43,056 nucleotides of DNA from Bacilli bacterium (GCA_041669225.1 JBAYBO010000002.1:1-43056), one strand, 5' to 3'; positions 17,583-26,985 are shown, counted from the first letter of the stretch. The notes: generated by a model from the letters alone, not told the origin. A program made the numbers and translations.

Positions 17583-20500
17583 ATGAGTTTTATACCCTTA
17601 CACGTCCACACAGGCTATTCGTTTTTACAAAGCGGAATTACCATCGAAAACTATGTAAAGGCCCTCAAAAAGCGCGGATACAAAGGTTCTGGCATCACCG
17701 ATATTAACTCTTTGTCGGGTATTCCGCATTTTTATAAGGCACTAAAAAAAGAAAAACTCAATCCGTTAATAGGTCTTGACTTAGTCATCGATGATAATCT
17801 ATTGTCTTTTTTTGCTTTAAATGAAAAGGGCTATCAAAATCTTCTCAAGCTTCTTTTCTTAAAAAGAACACAAGAAAACATAAGTTATGAAGATATCGGT
17901 CATCACAAAGAAGGACTGGCAACTGTTTTATCAATAAATCATTCTCAACTTCGTTTGTTATTCGAAACTGAACGAGAACAAATTCCTCATCTTCTCCTTC
18001 CTATTTCTAACACTGGTGAATATTTTTATATCGGAATCGAATTTGCTGAATTTGAAGACGAATTGTTTATTGCCTATCTTCGCGAGTTCGCCAAGACCCA
18101 TGGTTATCAAACAATCGCCTTCCCATTTATTAAATATATCGACAAGAAAGATGCCATTGTTCTTGAAATCGCTAAAGCGATTCGCGATGATGGAGAACTC
18201 GAAATCAAAGAGCAAGAAGGTAGTGAATATTTACTAAACAATGAAGAAATATTGCGCTTATTCACCGAACAAGAAATCAATAACACGAGCGAACTCACCA
18301 GTCTTAATGCATTTCATTTCGAAGAAAAGCGTGGCCGTTTACTTCATTATCAAACAGGTAGCGAATTTACTAGCGATGCGTTTTTAAAAAACAAAGCTAT
18401 CGAAGGTTTGCAAAAGAAAATTGATAATCCGAGTAAAGAATATATGAATCGGCTGAACTACGAATTAGGTATCATCGCCAAAATGGGATATAGCGACTAC
18501 TTTTTAATCGTCGCCGACTATGTCGCTTTCGCTCATGACCACGATATTTCGGTCGGTCCTGGTCGAGGAAGTGCCGCCGGCTCGTTGGTTAGTTATGCGC
18601 TAGACATTGTCGCTTGTGATCCAATCAAACATCAGTTACTTTTTGAACGATTTTTAAATCCGGAAAGACAATCGATGCCAGATATCGATATTGATTTTTC
18701 TGATATTCGCCGCAGTGAGGTTATCAATTATCTACGAAATAAATACGGAAAAAACAAAGTTGCCAATATCATGACGATTCAAACAATCGGCGCCAAGCAA
18801 GCCTTACGCGATATCGGAAGAGTTTATAAAATTGAGACCAGAGAAATCGACATGATTTCAAAGTTAATAATTGACACGAACTCTTCACTACGTGAAAATT
18901 ACCGTAATAACCTGGCCTTTAAGAAACTTATCGATAGTGACAAGTATTATTTAAACATCGTCAGCCTCGCCGCTTTAATCGAAGGTTTACCCCGTCAGTC
19001 CGGACTCCATGCCGCTGGCATCATTTTAAACGATTCACCGCTTGAAGAGGCACTGCCGGTCAATGTCGACTTTAATGGTGATTACATTGCCGAGTATGAG
19101 ATGGGCTATCTAGAAGAGCAAGGTTTTTTGAAAATGGACATTCTTGGGCTTCGTAACTTATCAATTGTCGATGAATGCCTATCTTTAATTAAACAAAATC
19201 GCGGAGTTGAAATAACCTATCAAAGTATTCCGTTTGAGGATAAAAAGGCTATTCGTATCATCAAAGAAGGAAGAACAATGGGGCTTTTTCAACTCGAATC
19301 CTCGGGTATGAAAAAAGCCATCACAACTTTAGAACCAGAGAACTTCGAAGACATTGTCGCTCTTTTAGCATTGTTTAGACCCGGGCCTATGGATAATATT
19401 CCAAGTTACGCTCGTCGTAAAAACAAAAAAGAGAAGATAATTTACCCTTCAAAAGCATTGGAAGAAATATTGGCCCCAACCTATGGAATTATCGTTTATC
19501 AAGAACAGATAATGCAAATCGTTCGTAAGATGGCTAACTTCTCGTATGGTCAAGCCGATGTCTTCCGTCGCGCCATCTCGAAAAAGGATAGTGCTAAACT
19601 CGCGAGTCTAGAAACAAGTTTTGTTGCTAGTTCAATCGAAAATGGCTATGACAAGAGCGAAGCCAAATCGGTGTTTGATCTTATTAACAAATTTTCTGAT
19701 TACGGCTTTAACCGTAGCCACTCGCTTCCCTACGCCGTATTAGCCTGTCAGATGGCTTATCTCAAAACTTATTACGCGCCTGAATTTTATGCCGCGATTC
19801 TCGGTAACTCCTCTGGCAGTAACGATACTAAATTTAATGAAACATTAAATGAAGTCCGTAAGATGGGAATTAATATATTAAATCCCGACATTAATCGCTC
19901 CGGACAGACGTTTATCGTCAAAGATGGTGCTTTGATTTTCCCTTTATTTGCGATTAAAGGAATTCTCGGCGCTTTAGTCGACGCCATCATCAAAGAGCGC
20001 AACAATAATGGTCCGTTTAACGATTTCTTTGACTTTGTAGCGCGCATGATTAACTACAAAATCAACCAAAACCAGATTAGTAAATTAATCGATGCTGGAG
20101 CATTCGACAACTTCGCAGTTTCGAGATCATCTCTTCGCGCCACAATTAATAGTGCTTTACGCTATGGCTCAATGCTTTATTCAAAAGATGGGCAGATGAA
20201 CATCGATTTGCCCTTTTCAAGCAAACCACGCTTTAGCGAGGCCTTTGATGATCCTTTGGATAATCTTGATCGAGAATACGAGGCTTTAGGACTGATGATT
20301 TCTGGTTCGCCTTTAAAATACAAAAGCGAAGTCATAAAGAAATACCCGATTATCTCGATTAGTGACGCACGGGATAGTCAAAGTTCAACAATTCAAATCG
20401 TCGGTGTCATTCGCACCATAAAAATTATTAATACGCGAAATGGTATGCCTATGGCATTTATAAATATTTATGATGAAAGTGGCGATATCGATGTTACGAT

Positions 20501-20630
20501 CTTTTCAAAAACATACGCCTTAAGCTATGAACTTCTTCAAAAGAAAAATATCGTTCGCGTTATCGGTTACATGGACCGTAAACGAGAAAATGTCTTTATT
20601 GCCAACGACATATCCATGCTGGAGGACTAA
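17583..20630 (+). CDS. dnaE: DNA polymerase III alpha subunit (DnaE type)
   Basis: PHP domain start MSFIPLHVHTGYSFLQSG, and palm/fingers motifs (PDIDIDF, GLLKMDILGLRNL, FNRSHS). I chose the ATG at 17583 because the track's ATG at 17574 lies inside the predicted -10. Confidence 0.95.
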   Translation: MSFIPLHVHTGYSFLQSGITIENYVKALKKRGYKGSGITDINSLSGIPHFYKALKKEKLNPLIGLDLVIDDNLLSFFALNEKGYQNLLKLLFLKRTQENISYEDIGHHKEGLATVLSINHSQLRLLFETEREQIPHLLLPISNTGEYFYIGIEFAEFEDELFIAYLREFAKTHGYQTIAFPFIKYIDKKDAIVLEIAKAIRDDGELEIKEQEGSEYLLNNEEILRLFTEQEINNTSELTSLNAFHFEEKRGRLLHYQTGSEFTSDAFLKNKAIEGLQKKIDNPSKEYMNRLNYELGIIAKMGYSDYFLIVADYVAFAHDHDISVGPGRGSAAGSLVSYALDIVACDPIKHQLLFERFLNPERQSMPDIDIDFSDIRRSEVINYLRNKYGKNKVANIMTIQTIGAKQALRDIGRVYKIETREIDMISKLIIDTNSSLRENYRNNLAFKKLIDSDKYYLNIVSLAALIEGLPRQSGLHAAGIILNDSPLEEALPVNVDFNGDYIAEYEMGYLEEQGFLKMDILGLRNLSIVDECLSLIKQNRGVEITYQSIPFEDKKAIRIIKEGRTMGLFQLESSGMKKAITTLEPENFEDIVALLALFRPGPMDNIPSYARRKNKKEKIIYPSKALEEILAPTYGIIVYQEQIMQIVRKMANFSYGQADVFRRAISKKDSAKLASLETSFVASSIENGYDKSEAKSVFDLINKFSDYGFNRSHSLPYAVLACQMAYLKTYYAPEFYAAILGNSSGSNDTKFNETLNEVRKMGINILNPDINRSGQTFIVKDGALIFPLFAIKGILGALVDAIIKERNNNGPFNDFFDFVARMINYKINQNQISKLIDAGAFDNFAVSRSSLRATINSALRYGSMLYSKDGQMNIDLPFSSKPRFSEAFDDPLDNLDREYEALGLMISGSPLKYKSEVIKKYPIISISDARDSQSSTIQIVGVIRTIKIINTRNGMPMAFINIYDESGDIDVTIFSKTYALSYELLQKKNIVRVIGYMDRKRENVFIANDISMLED

Positions 20631-20632
20631 GA

Positions 20633-23227
20633 ATGTCAAAAGTATACGTAATTGATGGTAACTCTTTGCTCTTTCGCGCCTATTACGCCACCGCCTATGG
20701 GCCCAATGCGAAAGTTATGCGCACCAAAGATGGCATTCCGACCAATGCATTATTTGCATTTGGCAACATGATTAATAAAATTATTTCCTCGTTTAAAGGG
20801 GGGGAGCATATTATCGTTGGCTTTGATGTTGGCAAGAAAACTTTTCGCAACGATGAATACGAACAATATAAAGCTAATCGCAAGCCAACGGATGACGATT
20901 TAATCGTGCAGATGCCACTAGCTCGCGAACTGCTAATATCACTTGGGATTTATGTCTACGAAGAAGAAGGATACGAAGCCGATGACATATGCGGAACCTT
21001 TGCTAAACTTGCCAGCAAAGCCGGACACCAAGTTATCGTCTATACTTCAGACCGAGATTTCTTGCAGCTGATCGATCACAATATCGCCATTCACATTTTA
21101 AAAACGGGCTTATCAAACATCATGGTGATGAACGAAGTGACAATGCCCCAAGAATTTGGCATTACTCCGAATCAAATACCTGACTATAAGGGACTTCGTG
21201 GCGACGCCAGTGATAATTTGCCAGGAATCCCTGGAATCGGTGAAAAAACAGCAATTAAACTATTGCAAGAATATGGGACGTTCGACAAAATTTTGGATGA
21301 AGCAAAAAACATCAAAGGCAAAGTCGGTGAAAACATTCTTGAGTTTCAAAAAATTGGGAAATTATCAAAGCGTCTCGCGACGATAAAAACCGATATCGAG
21401 TTGCCTTTTTCGTTAGAGGATACTTTGTATCGGGGCTATGTTTTTGAACGAGTTAATGAGTTTGGACAACGCTATGAACTCAAACAACTACTCAACCGGC
21501 TGCCGAGTAATTGTAAAGTCGAATCCGAACGCGATGTCAAAATTGAATATAAAAAAATATCTTCATTAGAAGAAATTAACCTCGGTAGCAAAATTTCGCT
21601 GTTTATTGATATGAAAGAAGATAATTATTTTAAAACGGCGATTTTAGGACTCGCTATTAGCGACGGCGTAAATCACTACTATGTTAGTCATGATGACATT
21701 ATAAAGGATAGCAAAATTAAGAAAATACTCGAAGACGAGGAAATTAGTAAGTCGTGTTTTGATATTAAAGCCACCACCGTCGCTCTTTCTCGCCTCGACA
21801 TTACTTTACGTGGCGGTGACTTTGATTTACTGCTGGCTGCCTATTTGCTTGACTCCTCGCTCAAAAATAATGTTGATTCAATTCTTAATTATTTTGGAGT
21901 TGACGCCCACGGAAAAGATGATCAAACCTTATCGCTTTTTGATGAATCTAACCCATTAAGAACAGCAAAAGTAGCATATTTAACTTTAAAGTTAAAACCA
22001 CGTGTTATCGAGGAATTAAAAAAACATCAGGCCTTAAAGCTTTATCAAGATATTGAAATGCCCCTTGCCCTCGTTTTGGCCAAGATGGAAATTGAAGGTT
22101 TTCCCCTCGATGCCGATACCCTCAATATGATTGGAGAGAACTATAGAGAAAGCATTAATACTCTAATTAGAGAAATATACGATTTGGCCGGAGAAGAATT
22201 TAATATTAACTCCCCAAAACAAGTCGGCGAGATACTCTTTAACAAACTCGCGCTTCCCGGTAATCGTAAAGATTCGACTTCTATCGATACTTTAAAGAAA
22301 TTGACGGATTCCCATCCAATCGTCACCAAGATACTCGAATATCGAAAATATGCAAAGCTCCTTTCGACTTATATCGACGGTCTAGTTGTTCACATCCATG
22401 CTGACGGATTGCTCCACGCTATCTTTAATCAGGCTTTGACAACGACCGGTCGTCTATCATCCAGCGAGCCCAACTTGCAAAACATTTCGATTCGCGACGA
22501 AGAAGGACGAATGATTCGCCAAGCTTTTTATTATCCTGATAAGAATTATCAGATTCTTTCGCTGGACTACTCGCAAATCGAACTTCGGATTTTAGCTTCT
22601 TTAAGTAAATGTCAATCATTCATCAACGTCTTTAACCACGATGAGGATGTTCATGCCGCTACCGCCAAAGCTATCTTCGGTAGCACCGATGATAATGCCA
22701 GACGCAAAGCCAAAGCCGTTAATTTTGGTATTATCTATGGCATTTCGGATTGGGGTTTAGCCGAACAACTCGAAATTCCTCCCAAAGAAGCCAAAACAAT
22801 CATCGATGCTTTCTTTAAAACATATCCTGAAGTCAGTGAGTATTTGCAGGAAGTCGTCAACCAAGCTTTTAAAGACGGCTATGTTTCGACTCTTTTTGGC
22901 CGCCGCCGCTATCTACGCGAGCTTTATGATAGCAATTATCAAGTTCGTGAGTTTGCCCGCCGTGCCGCGATGAATGCGCCGATTCAGGGTACAGCTGCCG
23001 ATTTAATCAAGTTGGCCATGGTCAAAGTGCAAGCTATGCTCGAAAAAAATAATTTTAGGACACGCCTCGTTTTACAAATTCATGATGAATTACTTTTCAA
23101 AGTTCATGTTAATGAAATCGAAATAGTGCGAGACAAAATAAGCGAAATTATGGAAAACGTCATCACCCTTGATGTTAAATTAAAAGTGGACGGCGGAGTC
23201 GGCAAATCATGGTATGAAGCCAAGTAA
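20633..23227 (+). CDS. polA: DNA polymerase I
   Basis: 864 aa. 5' nuclease domain (GxPTNA, DNLPGIPGIGEKTA) and pol motifs A/B/C (LSLDYSQIELRILA, RRKAKAVNFGIIYG, LQIHDELLF). The central 3'-5' exo region lacks the DxE motif, as in Bacillus-type Pol I. GGAGGA SD lies in the dnaE 3' end. Confidence 0.96.
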   Translation: MSKVYVIDGNSLLFRAYYATAYGPNAKVMRTKDGIPTNALFAFGNMINKIISSFKGGEHIIVGFDVGKKTFRNDEYEQYKANRKPTDDDLIVQMPLARELLISLGIYVYEEEGYEADDICGTFAKLASKAGHQVIVYTSDRDFLQLIDHNIAIHILKTGLSNIMVMNEVTMPQEFGITPNQIPDYKGLRGDASDNLPGIPGIGEKTAIKLLQEYGTFDKILDEAKNIKGKVGENILEFQKIGKLSKRLATIKTDIELPFSLEDTLYRGYVFERVNEFGQRYELKQLLNRLPSNCKVESERDVKIEYKKISSLEEINLGSKISLFIDMKEDNYFKTAILGLAISDGVNHYYVSHDDIIKDSKIKKILEDEEISKSCFDIKATTVALSRLDITLRGGDFDLLLAAYLLDSSLKNNVDSILNYFGVDAHGKDDQTLSLFDESNPLRTAKVAYLTLKLKPRVIEELKKHQALKLYQDIEMPLALVLAKMEIEGFPLDADTLNMIGENYRESINTLIREIYDLAGEEFNINSPKQVGEILFNKLALPGNRKDSTSIDTLKKLTDSHPIVTKILEYRKYAKLLSTYIDGLVVHIHADGLLHAIFNQALTTTGRLSSSEPNLQNISIRDEEGRMIRQAFYYPDKNYQILSLDYSQIELRILASLSKCQSFINVFNHDEDVHAATAKAIFGSTDDNARRKAKAVNFGIIYGISDWGLAEQLEIPPKEAKTIIDAFFKTYPEVSEYLQEVVNQAFKDGYVSTLFGRRRYLRELYDSNYQVREFARRAAMNAPIQGTAADLIKLAMVKVQAMLEKNNFRTRLVLQIHDELLFKVHVNEIEIVRDKISEIMENVITLDVKLKVDGGVGKSWYEAK

Positions 23228-23238
23228 AGGATAATCAT

Positions 23239-24633
23239 ATGCCTGAATTACCTGAAGTAGAAACAATCAAAAACATCCTCGCTCAATTCGTGATTGGTAA
23301 AACGATCAAAGACATAAAAGTATTTAATACCAACACCATCGAAGGCGATTACCTTGCTTTTATCGAGCAGTTAAAAGGCAAGACCATCAGCGAACTTTCT
23401 CGCGTTGGCAAATTTATAATCTTTCATTTTAATGAAAGTATCGTTTTGTTATCCCATCTCCGTATGGAGGGGAAATACTTTTACCACGATTACGCACTTG
23501 ATACTTTCGAAAAACACGCGTGTGTCGTTTTTTTCTTCACTGATAACACTGTTTTAGAATATAACGACACGAGAAAATTTGGCTTGATGCAAATTGTTCA
23601 ATCTTCGGTTTATCTAAGCGTCCTTCCTTTATCGAAACTTGGACCCGAACCCTTTGATGTTAAAGATATAAAATCTCTTCATCAGAAACTTAGTAAAAAA
23701 TCTATTCCAATTAAAGCTGTTTTACTTGATCAGACGTTTCTCGCCGGATTAGGCAACATTTATGTTGATGAAGTGCTATATCTAACAAAAATCCATCCGG
23801 AAACACCTGCTAATCGGATCAGCAAAGCACAGTTAAAAAATATTATTGAAGCCAGTGTCCAGGTACTCAACGTGGCAATTCAAAGTGGTGGCTCGACAAT
23901 TCGCAGTTATCATCCCAGCCAAGGCATCGATGGCGGTTTTCAGAATAAACTTAACGCCTATGGAAAAGAAAATTTGCCTTGCCAGCGTTGCAACCATCCG
24001 CTAAGAAAGATTTTCGTCGGTGGGCGGGGCACGACTTTTTGTCCTAAATGCCAAAAAAACCCTGCTCTTCCTTATGTTGTCGGCATCACGGGACCAATCG
24101 GCTCCGGTAAATCTTCGGTCTTAGATTATTTTAAAGCAAACGGCTATTTAACTTTAAGCGGGGATGACATTGTCAAAAACCTTTATCTTGATACAACAGT
24201 TCGAGATTTAGTCATTAAACTATTTGGCGAACACGTAATTTCAGACGACGGAACGATTAATAAGAGATTTATTATCGAAACAATCATTAATGATGAGAAC
24301 AAAAAAAGACGACTGGAAAAAATATTCCATCCGCGCGTTGAAAAAGTTATTTCGGAAACGATTAGTCAAACGAAAAGCACAAGAATCGCTTTCGAAATGC
24401 CTCTCCTTTTTGAATCTAAACTCGATGATTATTGCGATGAAACTATTTATATTGATATTAATATCGAAACGCAACAAATGCGCCTTTTAAAACGCAATCT
24501 TCCACTACAAACGTTGCTTGCCTTAAATACTGGCTTTGACTCACGGCGTAATAAAGAAAAGGCGACATATGTCATTGACAATTCGTCGACTTTACAAAAA
24601 TTACACGAACAATTAAAGAAGTTGGTTCATTAA
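23239..24633 (+). CDS. mutM: Fusion protein: formamidopyrimidine-DNA glycosylase (Fpg/MutM, about aa 1-272) plus dephospho-CoA kinase (CoaE, about aa 278-464)
   Basis: N-terminus MPELPEVE and H2TH. The zinc finger CQRC-x16-CPKC ends at codon 271. It is followed after KNPALP by YVVGITGPIGSGKSS (CoaE P-loop) and a full CoaE-like body. No stop, SD or in-frame start lies between the two parts. Confidence 0.85.
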   Translation: MPELPEVETIKNILAQFVIGKTIKDIKVFNTNTIEGDYLAFIEQLKGKTISELSRVGKFIIFHFNESIVLLSHLRMEGKYFYHDYALDTFEKHACVVFFFTDNTVLEYNDTRKFGLMQIVQSSVYLSVLPLSKLGPEPFDVKDIKSLHQKLSKKSIPIKAVLLDQTFLAGLGNIYVDEVLYLTKIHPETPANRISKAQLKNIIEASVQVLNVAIQSGGSTIRSYHPSQGIDGGFQNKLNAYGKENLPCQRCNHPLRKIFVGGRGTTFCPKCQKNPALPYVVGITGPIGSGKSSVLDYFKANGYLTLSGDDIVKNLYLDTTVRDLVIKLFGEHVISDDGTINKRFIIETIINDENKKRRLEKIFHPRVEKVISETISQTKSTRIAFEMPLLFESKLDDYCDETIYIDINIETQQMRLLKRNLPLQTLLALNTGFDSRRNKEKATYVIDNSSTLQKLHEQLKKLVH

Positions 24634-25526
24634 TAAACGGATAATCCACTTAAATCAAACTCTTCTTCGGCCATCTCTTTCAAGAGACGAGTCAGCTGTT
24701 TGGCGCGAATCGCGCCGGCTTTGCTCGTTTCATATAGTTGGCCGATTTCATTGATTGAAAAATCACTAGTGAAAAAAGTTAGTCTTTGATTTTTGGCCCG
24801 TTCAATTAAAATCGGAAGGACAATGGTATCGCGGATAAAGTCATTTTTGTATTCGTTACCGAAATCATCCAATATGAGTAAGGGAATATTCGATAGTTCG
24901 ACGATTTTCTTAGCAAATTCTGCTTTATCCGAAAATGATAAATCATTAATTTCTTTAATGCGGTTGGCGGAATTAATAAAAGCAGCCGAAGATCTCATCG
25001 CGGCGATAAAATCATTAACTAAGGTCGCCATTAAAAACGACTTGCCGACGCGATGACCGCCGCGGGTATATATCCAACGGGTAGAATTGCCTTGTAAAAT
25101 TTGACTAAATAGTCTGATAATCCGATTTCTTTCGGATGTTTTATCAAGCGTTTTAAGCGAGGCCTCTTTCCACTCTTCGGGAAAGTCGGCATATATGTAT
25201 TTACTATCAATTTCGATACGCTTAAGAATTTTATGACAAGGCGTAAACGATCTTTCAATAATTCCATCATCATTCACTAATCGCATTTGTAAATGAGGTG
25301 TCGCTTTGCGACAATTGTCCACTCCCGGGCATTTACGGCAATAATCAAAATCTTCCTTAAAGGCGATGAATTTCGAAATGTTTTCACGAACCATCTTTAA
25401 AGTTGGATTGACAGTTTGCTTAATAACTTCGTAAACTTCAACGTCTTTACGCAATTCGTCAACCATTTGTTCGATGTAAGTATCGAGTTCCGTTTTATCA
25501 AAAAACGGTACTTTAATTTTGTCCAT
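24630..25526 (-). CDS. dnaI: Primosomal helicase loader DnaI
   Basis: 298 aa. N-terminal Cys/His cluster (CRKCPGVDNC...TPCH), AAA+ Walker A GGHRVGKS and Walker B LLILDDFG. Directly downstream of the Firmicute dnaB. Confidence 0.8.
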   Translation of the reverse strand: MDKIKVPFFDKTELDTYIEQMVDELRKDVEVYEVIKQTVNPTLKMVRENISKFIAFKEDFDYCRKCPGVDNCRKATPHLQMRLVNDDGIIERSFTPCHKILKRIEIDSKYIYADFPEEWKEASLKTLDKTSERNRIIRLFSQILQGNSTRWIYTRGGHRVGKSFLMATLVNDFIAAMRSSAAFINSANRIKEINDLSFSDKAEFAKKIVELSNIPLLILDDFGNEYKNDFIRDTIVLPILIERAKNQRLTFFTSDFSINEIGQLYETSKAGAIRAKQLTRLLKEMAEEEFDLSGLSVY

Positions 25527-25529
25527 ATG

Positions 25530-26783
25530 TTAATCCTTTTTGGCTTCAATCGAGGCCAGTATGTTTTCTAACTCTTCGTCGCTAACTTCCTCTTCTTTTA
25601 TTTTATCATTAGCTGCTTTAGTTTTTGCTATTTGTGGCTTATTTGTTTTCCAAGCCGTATTAATTTTAATCAAATAATTCATCGTGTCAATCGCGGTCGT
25701 AACGTTCTCACGAGCGAGAGAAGACGCGATTTTTTCGGTATATCGTCTGGATAATATATTATTATTTTTGGCCAAAACATAATCGACAAGAGCATTAATA
25801 ACGCCATGAGAAAACCCTAAATTTTTCGATAAATCATCAACAATATCTAAATCAGCGCGACTCGGCGCGGTATTATTTTGTTTAATCCGCAAATATTCAC
25901 CGGGCGCCATCGCGTCCATGAGTTTAATTTTGCTGGCGAGTTCGCTATCGCTAGTGACCTTGCTATTTTCAGCTTTGCTTTTGCGATGAAAGAAGGGAAA
26001 TTTAACTTCTTCTTTAGCGCGGTCGGAAACGCGTTGAAAATTGATACGTTGATTCTTGTTATCAGGATCATAGGCATCGACGACAATGTCTGCCATCGTC
26101 AGTTCATCTAGAGAGAAGAGTGCCGCTAAGCGTTCGAGTTCCTTAAGATCATTTTTAGCAAAGATATCACGCTTGATTTGACCGTTTTTATCAAGAGCAT
26201 CAAAAAAGGCATCGAAATCAAACGAAGTGTCGACACGACCGGATTTTCTTCCTTTAACATCGACTTTTAAGTCCTTGCGAAAAGCCGGATTATCAAAATC
26301 AGGATTAAACGTTTCGACAAATGACGACGTAATATCGTCAAAACCTTTGGTTGTAAAGTCAACCTTATAAGACATCGCTAAGCGTTTAGCTTCTTTTTCG
26401 CCAACATATTTAATTAGCAATCCTTTGAAAAGAACATCATCAAAAAAGTCACGAGGAGATTTTGGCGCATACAAGACATAGATATAGTAACGAATTCCGC
26501 TTTCTTCTTTAAAGAAGGTGCGAATCAAACCAACTGCCTCTAAAGCTCTACGAGCCGTGAAAAATTCGCCCGCGGAAATCTGCATCTTGTCGAAAAGATG
26601 CGCATGATCGAATGTGTCGATTTCTAAAGCCTTCATCTTCTCGTAAAAAAGAGAAAAAAATATAGCGACGCTCTTATGACCGATTAAAGGTTGATAAAGT
26701 TCATTCAAAACTTCGCAATCGATATTGCTAATTAACGAAGCAAACCTCGTCTCGTAGTAATCTTTTTCGCTAATGTAATCCAT
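25530..26783 (-). CDS. dnaB: Replication initiation/membrane attachment protein DnaB (Firmicute type, DnaD-like domains)
   Basis: 417 aa. Called from overall DnaB_2/DnaD-like architecture and the dnaB-dnaI gene pair. The call rests mainly on synteny and composition. Confidence 0.7.
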   Translation of the reverse strand: MDYISEKDYYETRFASLISNIDCEVLNELYQPLIGHKSVAIFFSLFYEKMKALEIDTFDHAHLFDKMQISAGEFFTARRALEAVGLIRTFFKEESGIRYYIYVLYAPKSPRDFFDDVLFKGLLIKYVGEKEAKRLAMSYKVDFTTKGFDDITSSFVETFNPDFDNPAFRKDLKVDVKGRKSGRVDTSFDFDAFFDALDKNGQIKRDIFAKNDLKELERLAALFSLDELTMADIVVDAYDPDNKNQRINFQRVSDRAKEEVKFPFFHRKSKAENSKVTSDSELASKIKLMDAMAPGEYLRIKQNNTAPSRADLDIVDDLSKNLGFSHGVINALVDYVLAKNNNILSRRYTEKIASSLARENVTTAIDTMNYLIKINTAWKTNKPQIAKTKAANDKIKEEEVSDEELENILASIEAKKD

Positions 26784-26971
26784 AACTTTTGCCTGACATG
26801 CTACAAATTATAACATAAATAAATACTTTGAGAAATAAAAAATGCCGATGCCATCGCAACTTTTTGAATATTGTGAATAGTTTTCCACCGCTGGTAAAAC
26901 TAAACTTTTGCGATGCAATCGGAGTTTGCAGCCAAGACGTCTAGAAATAAATGATTTTTTCCACAAATTTA

Positions 26972-26985
26972 TGTAATCGTTTTCA
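26972..26985. promoter_or_regulatory. Catabolite-responsive element (cre), perfect match to the consensus on both strands
   Basis: TGTAATCGTTTTCA on the plus strand and TGAAAACGATTACA on the minus strand. Both fit TGWAANCGNTNWCA at 14 of 14 positions. It lies 36 nt upstream of the TATAAT (27022-27027) ahead of pfkA. Confidence 0.6.

Noticed and set aside
20798-20804. A G7 homopolymer sits in polA (TTT AAA GGG GGG GAG). A similar G/C6 run in the second M42 gene (about 42296-42301) could be a phase-variation tract.
   Set aside because: The tract is short and in an essential or housekeeping gene. It encodes an ordinary Gly-Gly, and nothing suggests contingency-locus behaviour. It is relevant only as a possible sequencing-error hotspot.
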